Positions 39,001-51,200 of a DNA stretch of 64,000 nt are shown here, piece by piece. Source of the DNA: Vitrella brassicaformis CCMP3155 (taxonomy: Eukaryota; Protista; Chromerida); assembly GCA_001179505.1 (NCBI GenBank), contig CDMY01000061.1:124001-188000 (forward strand). The letters run 5' to 3'. The notes below the pieces were generated by a model that saw nothing but the letters and a program-made list of their open reading frames with translations, did not search any database and was not told the origin of the DNA. Each line of letters begins with the position of its first letter. The first letter of the stretch is position 1. A program made the position numbers and the translations under genes.

Positions 39001-42000
39001 CTCCTCTCACCCACCCCACCACCACCATCAGCACCAGCCACCACCCTGGTCTGCCACAGGGCGTCCCGGACCTCAGCCGCACGCAGGAACGACACTGCTG
39101 CATCGTCTCTCTTGGTGCTCGGCGAGGGCATGGCTGCCGAGATGAGGTAGGCCGCCATGTCCACCGACAGCCGCCTTGACCCACCTCCTCCACCTGTTGG
39201 CGCGTCTGAGCTCCCGTGTGGGAACTGCATGAGCCGCACGGCCGCCTCCACCACCACACACTCGGGCATGGCCGGCCATAGCACCGGGGTGCTGCTGCTG
39301 CTGGTGGCGGCGGTGGTCTCCTTGCTGTCCCTTCTGCTGGTGGTGGTGGTGCTACGGTGGAGTGCCGACGGCGGTGTGCGGTTTTGGAAGACGATGGCCA
39401 CTCGTGTGCCGCCCATGCGGAGCCGCGCAGAGGGGATGGAAGGGGGCTGTTGGTGTTTGGGGCTGCCTGTGGGGGGTGGTGGTGTTGGCTCGAATAGTCG
39501 GATGTTGAGAGTGTGTTTGAAGCCGTGGGCGGCGGGCTGCCGGTGAAGGTGCCAACACGCGCTGGAGCCCTGGTCTGCTCACACACACACACACACACAC
39601 ACATGCACACATGGATGAACGGGATGCGTGCAGCGAGACGTGTGTGCATGTGTTGTGTTGCATGTGATGTGTCTGCACATCCTAGGTGAAGTGAGTACCG
39701 TACCCATGGGTACGTTGTCTCTGTTGAAGAAGACTGATGCGGGTGAGGCCTGGATGAGGGACGGCTCGCCCAACACTATGGTGCCGTCGTCAGACAGCCT
39801 GAGCACACCACACCATAAGTGCATCCGGACAGGCCAGACGGATGTAGGCAACGGCCTGCCCACCTGACCTGGTTCTTCCAGCCATGAGCAGCGGCACGGA
39901 CGACAGCCCCCTCATGCTGGCAGACACCTCAAACCCATTGGACCTGACCACACACACACACACCCATCCCTCGGTCCACCCATCAATGGTCGCTCCCCCA
40001 AGACGCGCAGACAGACGTACATTAGCCGCACACTGAAGTGCTCCACGTGAGACGACAGAGGATTCACCACACCGGTCCCTGCCGCTGCTGCTGCTGCTGC
40101 GTCCGTCTCTGTCTGTGTCTGTGTCTGTGTCTGCGTCGGAGCGGTATGTGCGCACGCACCCCCACCGTCGGCATCATCCGCCACCGCCCGGGCCGCCCGG
40201 TGCCACGCCACACGCTGCAGGCTGTCCTGCATCGATGTGGGTGTGGTGCTGTCGTCTGGAGGGGACGACAGCAGGGGCCAAGCCTCGTCCAGCAACACTT
40301 GGAAGAAGAAACCTGATTAACCAACCCGGTTAAGTTGATGGCAGCAGGATGGGATGGGAATGTACTGTACTATACCTCCTCCGAGGAGGTAGAATGTCTT
40401 GAGTGCCTTGATGTGCTCCACCAGACCAGCCGCGTGCAGCAGACGCCATAGACGGTGAGCTACCTGATGCGGACACACACACGCACACACACACACACAC
40501 ACAAAATACACAATACACACACATATCAAGCCGACAAGAACAGGAGAGAGCAACTCGCACGCCCCATGCGCTGTGCGTTCGTTCACTCACCGCGGCCCTG
40601 AGCGTCTCGACAGTGTCCTCGAGCACTGCTACAGGCGTCATCTCGCCCTTGACGGCCACAGCAAACACATCACGCTAAGGACACACATGCAGACAGACAG
40701 GAAGCGAAGCTGATGATGCACACGCTCGCTATAGGCATGCTTGTGTACTGCTGCACCCGACCCGCACCATTTTGTCCAGTGTGGGCTGTATGTCTCGCAT
40801 GTCAGTGTGTCGCCAGAGGCCGCTGCGTCGGAGCACCCGCACGGCCTTGCCGATGAACAGCACCTGCAGGGCATTGCAGTCCGTACAGGTGGGGGGCGCG
40901 GCGCTACAGACATGTTGGTTGGTATCGATGCAGATCCACACACGGATGTACACCTACCTTTTTCGCCGTTGCGATGGAGACGCACGACGCCGAGGGGATG
41001 GCGTCGTATCGGAGGCCGAACATGTCGTTCCACTCGTAGCGACCGCACTGCACACAACAAACACGACAGACACCACACAGCACAGCACACCACAGCAAAC
41101 CAGATACAACCAAGGCATCATACAGCAGAACACATAGCCTTCCTTCTCTCCCTACCGCCCTCCCCGTCGCACACCTCTTTGCCTATCATTTCTCCATTGC
41201 CATCGGCCACCATCCCACCATCACCATCACCTCCAGAACCCCCTTTATCGCGGCAGCACCGGACGAAGAACTCTCCGTGTGGGTCGACGAGCTCCCCCCG
41301 CACCACCCAGGTCACCAGCTGGTACAGCAGCACCTCGCCCACTCCACTGAGCACTGACGCCAGCAGCGGGCGGCAGGGCGAGGGGGCCGTCCACCAGCCG
41401 TCCCATATCGTGTCCAGCAACGCGGCACCTGTGGACGAGGTGGCGGCTCCTCGGTCAGACCAACACACCTGGGGCGTGGCATGGCATGGCCAGGGAGGGA
41501 CGTGTTGTGTGTGGTGTGGATGCTGGTGTGGGTGTATAGGTGTAGGTGTGTGGGTCTCCACTCCATCTGTCCCTCCCTCACCTGTTGTGCCAGCGATCTG
41601 AGTGTCCTGATGGCGTGTGGTTGGTGCTGCAGCGCCACCGATATGTGCGAGAAGGGAAGGAGGGGGTCCTGCATGGCCATGATTGATTTCAATGTGTGTA
41701 CACCTGCCGGCTCTCGGCGATACCCATGCTGTTGTGTGCCTACCTCCAGGTACTGCTGCTCCAGGTCACAGACCTTCCGGTGGTACTCACGCAGGTAGGC
41801 CCCGATCTGCCGGGCCAGCGCCTGCACATACAGACCGGTGGGGGACACTCCATTTCCCTTGACACACAACCAGGGATAAACTTGATCTGGTGGACCACAC
41901 ACAAACACATATTCCATTCATCCATCCATCCATCGGGAGAGCTACCTGCCGCATGTTGATTCTCCTCTGAAGCCTGTGTGGCGGCTGTGACGAAGCTCTT

Positions 42001-42162
42001 GAGTGCGGCCACGTCAGCGCCTGTGGCCACGATAGATCCGATGAGCTCGCTCTCGCCCTTGGCCAGCGACTTGACGGCGGGGTTGACGACAAAACACTCG
42101 CCCTCTAGCTGAATTAAGTCACCCGGCACGCCCACGACTGCAAACAGAACCTCAGATATCAT
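36090..42162 (-). CDS. TUBGCP4: Gamma-tubulin complex component, most like GCP4 (Spc97/Spc98 family), many exons with low-complexity inserts
   Basis: MISEVLFAVVGVPG, GLYVQALARQIGAYLREY, LYQLVTWVVRGELVDPHGEFFV, LFIGKAVRVL, HIKALKTFYLLG, YLQQDVIE, DFEDIKRAHDTFL and LAQLLLRLDYNGY. Confidence 0.87.
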
Positions 42163-42345
42163 TTCGCTTGGGGCTGTAGGGCCGCAGGGTAGGGTTTCAG
42201 CAGCAGCGGTTTCAGGAAGCACCCTGGGGTCTTGAGACTGTTTCAGGCCTCGAGGCTGTTTCCCGGCCTCTGTTGATCGCTTTCCATCGCCCCCTATCGC
42301 TTCGAAAGGTCCTGTGTTGCTTATTTAGCCTATCGCTCGTCAGCC

Positions 42346-43132
42346 ATGGTCGAGACGCGCCCGAGGAAGCAGGGCCCAGAGTTCGACATCGGTGAGCCAT
42401 CGGGAAGGAAGAGAAGGAGTGCACGACGAGAACATGGGATGTGGCAATGGCGTCGTGTGGCGTTGGTGTGGTGCTGTGCTGTGCTGTCTCTGTGTGTGTG
42501 TGTGCAGAGGAGAAGGTGCCCTGCTTCTTCGACCCGAATCACATGGTGCCGAAGAGCAGACTCATGTACGTCCGTAGGCTGACTCACTGAATGACTGACT
42601 GGCATGGTGTCAGATGTGTGGTGCGTGTGGGCGATGCGATGCGATGTGATGTGATGTGAATATGTGGTATCATGTGGTATGGCTGACACTGTGTGGTGTG
42701 TGTTGTCTGTGTGCAGGTGGCACTACACCACCAAGTGTCAGGCCTACAAGTACATGAAGAACCAGGTCAAACGGTGCCCATACAACGTCCTCCACTGTAA
42801 GGAAGTGACGACAGACAGACAGTGACCGGCCGGCGATCCACTCACGCAGACAAGACAAGCAGACAGACAGAAAGGCGTTAAACCCCCCTCCCCACACCCA
42901 CACTTGTCCTGCCATGCGCGTGTCATTCCTCTCTCTCTGTCTTTGTGGATGTTGTATGGGTGTGTGCAGTCACACATACCGCCGTCGAGATGGAGCTGCA
43001 CAAGCGCACCTGCCCCGACCGGCCCAGGGACCGTTCCAACTACGCCGACACGTTCCAGAACAACACCACCAATGGAAGCACCAATGGCACCACCAATGGC
43101 AACAACAGTGACTGGTGGGTGTGGCTGACACA

Positions 43133-43163
<31 letters not shown>

Positions 43164-44230
43164 CAGATAGAAACCCGCAACAAGTCAACACACACCCCAT
43201 ATGGGCTGCCTGCCGTCTGTCTTCACGCATGATGTGCATACAGGGGCGATTGGGCCGGCGGCACCCCAAGCACCAACAGCAACGGCCGTGGCCGAGGCGG
43301 TGGTGGCGTGGGCGTGCGTGGGCGGGGCGGCTACCGCGGGGGTCGTGGGGACGGAGGCGGGCCACCTGTGCGCCGTGGCGGTTGGGATGATAGCAGTGAC
43401 GATGAGGAGGCTACCACTCGCGGCCCGCCCAGCATGTATGGGGCGGCCCGGAGTGAGTCGGGCTACGGTGACGGTGGTGCTGGTGACGACGAGGGCTACC
43501 CCGAGTCGGAGGCCGCCCAGACCGAGTTCCGCACGGCGCAGCAGGAGTTCCGCGGCAGCGATGGCAATAGCTACACCAACGACAACAGCTCGCAGTATTC
43601 GATCGTGGAGGTCTGCATGGCATTCACTGCCGACACGCAGACTGAATGACACGCGCACATATGCTCCCTCATGGGTGTGTTGTGTCGATTGGGTGGTGCG
43701 TGCAGGAAATTGCCGAGTTGCACGAGAAGGAGAAAGAGCTGCGCCAGAACATCCAGAAGGTCGGTGTGAGAGAGAGACCCCGGGAGGGAGAGAGGGAGGG
43801 AAGGAGGGAGGGAGGGAGGGAGGGAAGAGCCTACAGGCAGGCAGGCAGACTGGCAGACAGCGAGCCGCTCTGCGCATGAATGCACATCACATCACATCAC
43901 ATCCCGTGACAGATGGACGTCTGCCTGCCTATGAGTGGCGGAAAGTAAGGTGTGAATGAATGGATTGCTGCAGGTGGAGGCCATGGAGACGGATGCCGAG
44001 TTGGGCGACGTGCTCACTGAGGAGGAGCAGCGTATGGTGGACAGTAAGCACCATACCGACCACCACACACAGAGAAGGGCAGACAGACAGACAGGCGCAT
44101 GTGGCCATCCATGTCTGTGGTGGTACACGCGCGCGTGTCAGGTCGTGGAGAGCTTCAGGAAGAGCTGGACGAGATCACGCGGCGCATCCAGATGCTGCAG
44201 CTCGGCCAGAGGCAGCAGCGGGCGGGATGA
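42346..44230 (+). CDS. Tandem CHHC (U11-48K type) zinc-finger protein, GTSF1/Asterix-like, with WG/GW and RGG motifs and a C-terminal coiled coil
   Basis: Hand-spliced: CFFDPNHMVPKSRLMWHYTTKC-QAYKYMKNQVKR-CPYNVLHFTHTAVEMELHKRTC, then SDWGDWAGG, RGRGG/RGG runs, GGWDD, an acidic stretch and a heptad-like tail ending QRAG*. All junctions are GT-AG with consistent phase. Confidence 0.8.
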
Positions 44231-45050
44231 ACCCGATAGACACACACAGAAATAAGATGCGGCAAACAAGCAACACACACACATACACAAGTGAATGCAC
44301 CGAAGTAGGTATCGACTGAGGGAGGGAGGGAGGCAGGAGAGAGGGAGGGGGGCAGGGCAGGGCAGGGGCAACCTTGCGGCAGAGCAGCGACAGCGGTCTC
44401 TGTTTGTTGTGTGGGCAAATGACATGCAGTCAGTGACTCACTCACTCACTGTGTGTACACTGATAATTGGCCTGCGGATGGATTGATTGATGGATGGGTG
44501 GGTGGGTGGATGGGTGGGTGTTGTTGTGGCTGTCTGTCCGTCTGTCTGCCTGCCTTTTCCCCTGTCTGTCGCTTGTATAGCACCAGGTGTCTGCTTCTCT
44601 CTCTGTCCCGTTGGTTGGCTGGTTGGCCGCTGTTGCGATCGATAGATACGATCCACATTTCATCACCACCGGTCCGTTCACTTTTGACGGCCTGCCTGCC
44701 TGCCTGCCTGGATGGATGGATGGATGGACGCGTTTCCCCGTGTGCTAGTAGCGATATGACCTCGGTGAATGTGATTGTGTGTGGACTGCTGCTGCTACTG
44801 CTGCTGGTGCCATGAAGGAATCCATCCAGTATATTCAGTCCACCACATGAGAACATACCTACGCATCGCATCCATCGTCCATCCGTGTGTGCACGAAATC
44901 CTCGCCGGCATCTACACAACCGCTACACAAATCTGACTTGCCTGACCTATCGATGACAGACACACCTGTATGTCTGTCTGGACTACCCATTGCCGCCGTA
45001 GAGCAGTCTGCTGACCATGAGGCAGCTGAAACCACCCCCCACACACGCAC

Positions 45051-46103
45051 CCAGATGGCGGCAATGAGAAGGGTCGAAGTTGACCTCCACGCAGGCACCC
45101 TCTGCTATCCCCACAGCCGGCCGCACCTCGCCCTTGACCCCACTGATTGTTGCAGAGTCGAGCGCCTTGCCGTTGAGACGGAAGGCAAGCCGAGTAGGGA
45201 TGTCGGACTGATCAAACGTGCAGGACTGCGCACAACAAACAAACAAGGACACGACCACGTCCATACAAGCCAAGCAGGAAGGAAGATTTGCGTGGGGTGG
45301 CGGGTGTGAGTGCATATGGGCTTACAATGACGTCGTCAGGTGCGACGGGGATGCCACCCTGCACGCCGAATGCCCTGGCCCAGCTCATGACGCCATCGCC
45401 AAACCCACCGGCCCCTCTCCCATCTCCATCTGCCGCCAAATTCTCCAGGTAGTCGCCCACGAGCTCCCTCGACACGCCCACGAGAATCCTGCCCACCTTG
45501 AGCACTCGTACCTCCCAATACACCTTCAAAGAACGGGCCGATCGGTATGCACACAAACACGCGTCAACCCCGTCCATCCATTTGTGTGGCTTGTGGCACC
45601 CAGTGTGTGCACCGGGTAATATGAATGACGGACGGCCCAAGCCCGTACCTTATCCTGGATGATCGGCACATTCGACAACACCACACCGCTGCCCCTCGCC
45701 ACACGGCCGTCCAGCAAGATCTGCGAACCGCGGGCACTGCATGGCATGCATCCAACGAAACACAGCACCAACCAACGAAGACCATGTTGTGTCAGTCAGT
45801 GCGGTATCTCCGCCTGCTGGGATCTTACCCGATGCGCACTACCGAGAGAGCCGATGCGGTGTCCCGGTCCCTCGGTGCTCCTCTGCGCTGCTGATGGCCA
45901 TCCCTCCCCTGACCTCCACCGCGCCTGCCGTTTGCTGATGATGGCGGATCCTCCCGCTTGGCTTTCCGTGCTGCTGCTGCCGCCGGTCTGTCTGCAGATC
46001 CTGACCCTGCATCGGTGATGTGCTTGATGAGGGATGTCACTGCCATGGCAGGGACGGAGATGAGCCAGTCGCACCGGCAGCAGTCGTAGAACGGGGACCA
46101 CAT
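45051..46103 (-). CDS. SPRY-domain protein, SPRYD7-like (last exon not resolved)
   Basis: N-terminal CCRC, then GSGVVLSNVPIIQDKVYWEVRV, GRILVGV and FRLNGK...SGVKGEVRPAV, resembling SPRYD7. Confidence 0.72.
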
Positions 46104-46402
46104 CACCACCACTATGCCGGATGTGTCAGCGGTGCAATTGCATCATCCAATCCAGAGTGATCTGCAGGGCGGAGAGAAGCGGGCGAGAGCAGAGAGGACG
46201 CGGATTATGTATCCGAAGTCTTTCTTGTTCTACCTTATCGACTCATTCCTCGTTCAGGCTTCGTTGGCGGAAAAACGGACGACTTCGGTCCCAGGCGCCA
46301 CCACTGCGAGCTTGAAGAGCCGATCATCCGGCGGCCAGATCAAGCCAGATCTCATCCACTGTCCAGTCGAGTGCTTCTTCCATCAACACTCGACTGCTGA
46401 CG

Positions 46403-47978
46403 ATGGTCCAGCTGCGCATCAAGAAGCGCAGCGGCGCCTACCTCGGTGCCATTGAGCTGCCGGCGACAGCATCCGTCGAGGAGTTCAAGAAAGAGTTCCA
46501 CCGCAGATGTGAGCAGAGAGAGAGGCGGGATCAGTCGGGGCATCAACGACACATGACCGATGCTGCCTCTGTGTCTGTGTGTGTGCTGTGCAGTCAAGTT
46601 CTATCCTGAGCGGCAGCGCTTCACAATCGGATCAGGTGCGCCAGCCAGCCAGCCACATGGACAAGGGGTCAGAGGCAACGGCAGATCGATCTGGGTGGGT
46701 GCATTGGATGTTTGGTGTGTGTTCAGGTAGCGGTCCGGCGTTGAAGGATGGGACGCTGCGCGACAACGGCATTGAGGAGACGGAGGAGGGCTACCTGCTG
46801 TTCTTCAAGGACCTGGGCGTGCAGATCAGCTGGCGGCTCGTGTTCGTCATCGAGTACCTGGGGCCGATTCTCATCTTCCCCATCTTCTACTGCCTGCCGC
46901 AGCTCATCTACGGCCAACCGGCGCCCAACAAGCACCTCATCCAGAAGTGGGGATGGGGATGCAACCATGACGTGCTGGAGGCCATTTATTGGCGACTTGG
47001 GGTCTGTGTGTGTTTGTGCAGGGTTGCGTTTTGTTTGGTGCTGCTTCACTACATGAAGCGGGAGCTGGAGACGCTGTTTGTACACCGCTTCAGCAACGCC
47101 ACCATGCCCATCATCAGACTGCCCATCAACTGCCTCCACTACTGGTATGAATGAAGAGCCCACTCACTGATTGCATGACTCACTCGCGGCACTGCCCGCA
47201 TCGCATCCATGGCGCGTGTGCGGTGCTTCTTTCGTTCAGGGTGTTGTTCGGCACAAGTGTGGGGTACTACCTCTTCCACCCCAAGTACACGGCGCCCGAC
47301 TGGAGCCCCCAGGCCGTATACATACTTGCCGCACTCATGATGGTCAGCAAGACAGCACCACACGTACACACCAGCGAAAGGCGGCTGTATGTGTTCTTGT
47401 TGGTCAGGTGTGCGAGTTGTTGAATCTCAAGACCCACTTGATCCTCAGGAACCTCAGGCCAAAGGGCACCAAAGCAAGGGGCATTCCCAAGGTGAAACGG
47501 ACATCATACTGATGGTCGTCCACACGTCAATGCATTGGCGTGTGTGTTGTGACCGGTCAGGGTTGGGGTTTCCAGCTGGTGTCGTGCGCCAATTATTTCT
47601 TTGAGAGCCTGGCCTGGGTGTTCTTCGCCGTCATGACTGGCACACTCACCGGTCGGCACTCAAGTGACACTGACAGGCAGACCGACATGTGTCGACACAG
47701 CCCTTTGCATGTGTACCTTCTCTCTCTGTGTGTGGGCGTGTGTGTCAGGTTGGGTGTTTCTGGCGATAGCGTTCCTCCAGATGGCCGACTGGGCCATCAA
47801 GAAGCACCAGAGATACCAAGCCGAGTTTCCTGACTACCCAAAGTCAGCAGCGAAAGATCTACCTACCCACACAGAGCACACAAACGTGTTGACCCGTGTT
47901 GCTTCCTCTGTACGTGTCTGTGTCACTGCGTGTGTGGCGTGCAGGATCCGCACGGCCATCATTCCCTTCATTCTGTGA
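46403..47978 (+). CDS. TECR: Very-long-chain enoyl-CoA reductase (TECR/Tsc13)
   Basis: Ubiquitin-like N-terminus (YPERQRF), then KDLGVQISWRLVFVIEYLGP, HYMKRELETLFVHRFSNATMP, LVSCANYFFESLAW, QMADWAIKKH and RTAIIPFIL*. Confidence 0.96.
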
Positions 47979-48267
47979 GTGGAGACTGTAGTGTCGCTCT
48001 GCCGCGTGTATGCCAGGAGGGGGCGAATCCGTGAACCCCTCAGTGTCTGTCAGACAGACAGACAGACAGAGAGACAGGGAGGCAGTCAGGCGGACAGGAT
48101 TGTGTCACTTTTGTTTTGGCTCGGGCAGTGCGTGTAGCACGTGGACTCTGTGTACCATAGCTGCACGGAAGCGTGTGAACAGGCACGCATCATCCGACAA
48201 ACTGCCCGAAAACTGAGCGAACCCCAATCGTCTCAGCTCGCCGATTACTCAACTTCTACTTGCTCGC

Positions 48268-51200
48268 GAGTCAATTCTGTGGAAACGTGAGTGTATCAAG
48301 TGAACGAATGGACCTCTATCTGTCTCCATGTCATGCTCGAGCGATTTCGGTGCCATGCATGTGCGTCCGTACCCGAGGGGCATTCTCTCCGTCCGTCCAT
48401 TCACTTGGGCGAGTCAGTCAGTGTCGCCACGTCACATGCATCGTGTGGCCTGTCTGGAGTCTTCCTTCGTCAACACGATGCATGGCATGGACGGGCGCTG
48501 TGGTATCACCCGCTGACCGGCGAGATTCTCCCAGGAAAAGGGGACGAAGCCCTTTTTTTTAATAGACAGCATTCCCGCCTCGGCCGTGACACGCCCGGCG
48601 CTCTATGCATTCTCCTCTGCCTTTTCTTCCCGCAGCTCGTGTGCGGCTCGTCATTCCCCAGCAGTTCGGGTTTCTCATTTCCGCTCATTTCAGCGATAGA
48701 ACCGCTCGACAAGAGCATAGCGGACTTCTCCCTACGGATACGGCGTGACTTTCTGCACTGTTGCACTGAGACGGCAAGGAAGCGCTCAAAAGAAACTGTA
48801 CATACTAAGCCTGGCGACAGCCCAACAGATGGACCAGCTATCGCACCAGCGAACATTCGGGCCCAACAAGACAACATCGATTGATGCGATGTTCGTCCGT
48901 CACGTGGTCAGAATCGCTGCCTACGCTTTATATTCGGCGGATTCTTCACGTCAAATCGACCAATGCGCTGCGCTGTGAAGTACTTTGAGGAACAAGAGAA
49001 CCAAACGGAAAAGCAGATCACAAAAAAGGCGCGACGCGCCCGGAGACGCCCCAAAGGACGCCCCCATGGCCAAGGCTCTCTGCCCAAGTCAACACGGTGA
49101 CGCCTGTGGAAGACCTGCCCAAGCAGACCCACACGAAAGACGCCGAGGCTCAAGTCACCACCCGATTGTCTCACGAAAAACTTTAAGACCCCCTCCCCCA
49201 GACCAGCAATGGGATCGCTCGAGAAGAGCCGATCAGACTTCTCCACACGGAGCCAGTGTGACATGGAGGTAACGACATCCGACACGCACTGACACGGGAT
49301 GGCCAGCGATCAAACGAGACGTACTGATTACGATGGCTGCAATGCAATGCGGCGCTCTCTGTTGCTGTCTGTGCTGATTGCAGATGTCCCAGTTGTGCTC
49401 TGACGCACTGTATGTAGTGAGTCAGACGACACCGGATCAACTGAAGAACCTCATGATACGTAAGCAGACGTCTGGCCCGTCGGTGGATGCCCGCAAAGCA
49501 AGCATCCCAGTTTTGTCTCTCTCTTGTCAGGTTTCTCGAAGGAAAAGCTGAGCGGCCAGCCGATATCGGCAGGCGCCAGTCCGTCCGCTTCGTCCTTTCA
49601 GACACCGAATGCGTCACCAACACGCCCCAAAGCATCCCAACTCGCCGGTCTCAAGACACCTTCCATCCCTAGTCCACCACACACAGCAGTCGAGATGATG
49701 GACCGAGTCTGGGCCAGCACGCAGGGAGGAATGGGCTCAGGCCCGTCATCGCTCGAGGCCTCACCGGCGAGAAGGGGAGAAGTCAAGGAGACACAAGATG
49801 CTGAGTCCAGCGCGGCACGGACCACAAAGGATGGGGAGGCGAATGCTGTGGTGAGCACAAAGGAAGTTTCGGCCAGTGCGGTGCCAAAGGTGACAGAAGC
49901 GCAAGTCAACACGACAGTGCCATTGGAGAAGCTGCTCAAGCAGACCAACAAAAGGGAAGCAGAGACGAGTGTCGTGCCGAACACAAAGGAAGCAGAAGCC
50001 AATGCCGTTTCGGAAACCGCAGAGGCTCAAGTCAACACGGCAACGGTGGAGACGACAGACGCAGCCGTGATGGCTGAGAGGACAAGTGAGAGGGAAGGTG
50101 CCCTGCACGAGCAGATACGACGGCTCACAGAGGTACAGAAAGGAAAGCGCAGGAAAAGCTTGCAGCCTGCTAGATGAACTTCGGTGTTTTGGGTTTGTAT
50201 TGGTCAGAGCGCTAAGGACAGCGAGTCCAAGTACAGGTCGCTTCTGCAGCAACACGAGTCGCTCGAAGTCGAATGCCAGGTACAGAGACATTAGCTTGTG
50301 CGTGTCACATCACACATCTGCACGTGTCGCTTGCTGATTCTTGCAGTCGACTACGGAGACATTGCATCAGATTCGCCGGCAGAAGGTACTACCAGACAGC
50401 GACACAAAGGGCATTCACACAATGTAGCTAAGGCCGGGCCCTGTGTGTGTGTGTTCAGGACGAGGAGATTGCGCGCCTCCAACGACTGCTTGAGAGTCAG
50501 TCCGTCCGAGCGGACCTCAGGGACGCTCAAGTCACCACGAAAGTGGTGGAGACGACAGACACGGGTGTGATGGCTGAAGCCATCGAGGGGCTTGGACGAA
50601 GGACGAGTGAGAGGGTGGATGCCCTGAAGGAGCAAATACGACGGCTTACCGAGGTACGCGAGGGGACAAACCATGAAAGCTGCCAGCTCGGCAAGTCTCG
50701 ATTCGTGCTGGTCTGTGCATTGGACAGAGGGCCGAGCGTTACCGAGAGTTTGGCTGGAAGACGAGAGACGAATATATGTGTCTATCCATTCACGCCGAGG
50801 GGCTTGAAAGGAACAATGCGGTAACATAAGCACGATTCATTCACTCACCAGACAGCTCACCTGCACATCTGTTTCCGGCTGATTGTTGCCCAGAGTCTGG
50901 TTCGCTCCCTTGCCCGCATGCGGGCCATTTGCTCAGATCAGGTAATATAATGACCACCCACGAGTAGATTTGCACAAAAGGAGAGCGTCACGGCATTCGC
51001 TGCGTTGTGTGTCTCTTTCCCTCCCGCTGCCTCCTCCAGGCTATGAAGATTCGCTTGTTTGAGTCGGAGGGAGAGCCCCCGGCATACACATACGAGGACG
51101 AGATGGACGAGACGCCCTTTGAGTCTCCGCTCCCGTCACCGTCCCGTTCGCCTATCCACACGCCACCACTGCCACCGCTCACAGGCGCCACACCCAGGGC

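Noticed and set aside
37360-39560. Poly-Gln/Ser/Pro insertions in GCP4 exons as possible separate genes
   Set aside because: They lie between conserved GCP4 blocks on the same strand and fit low-complexity loop expansions. Exact exon boundaries are uncertain.
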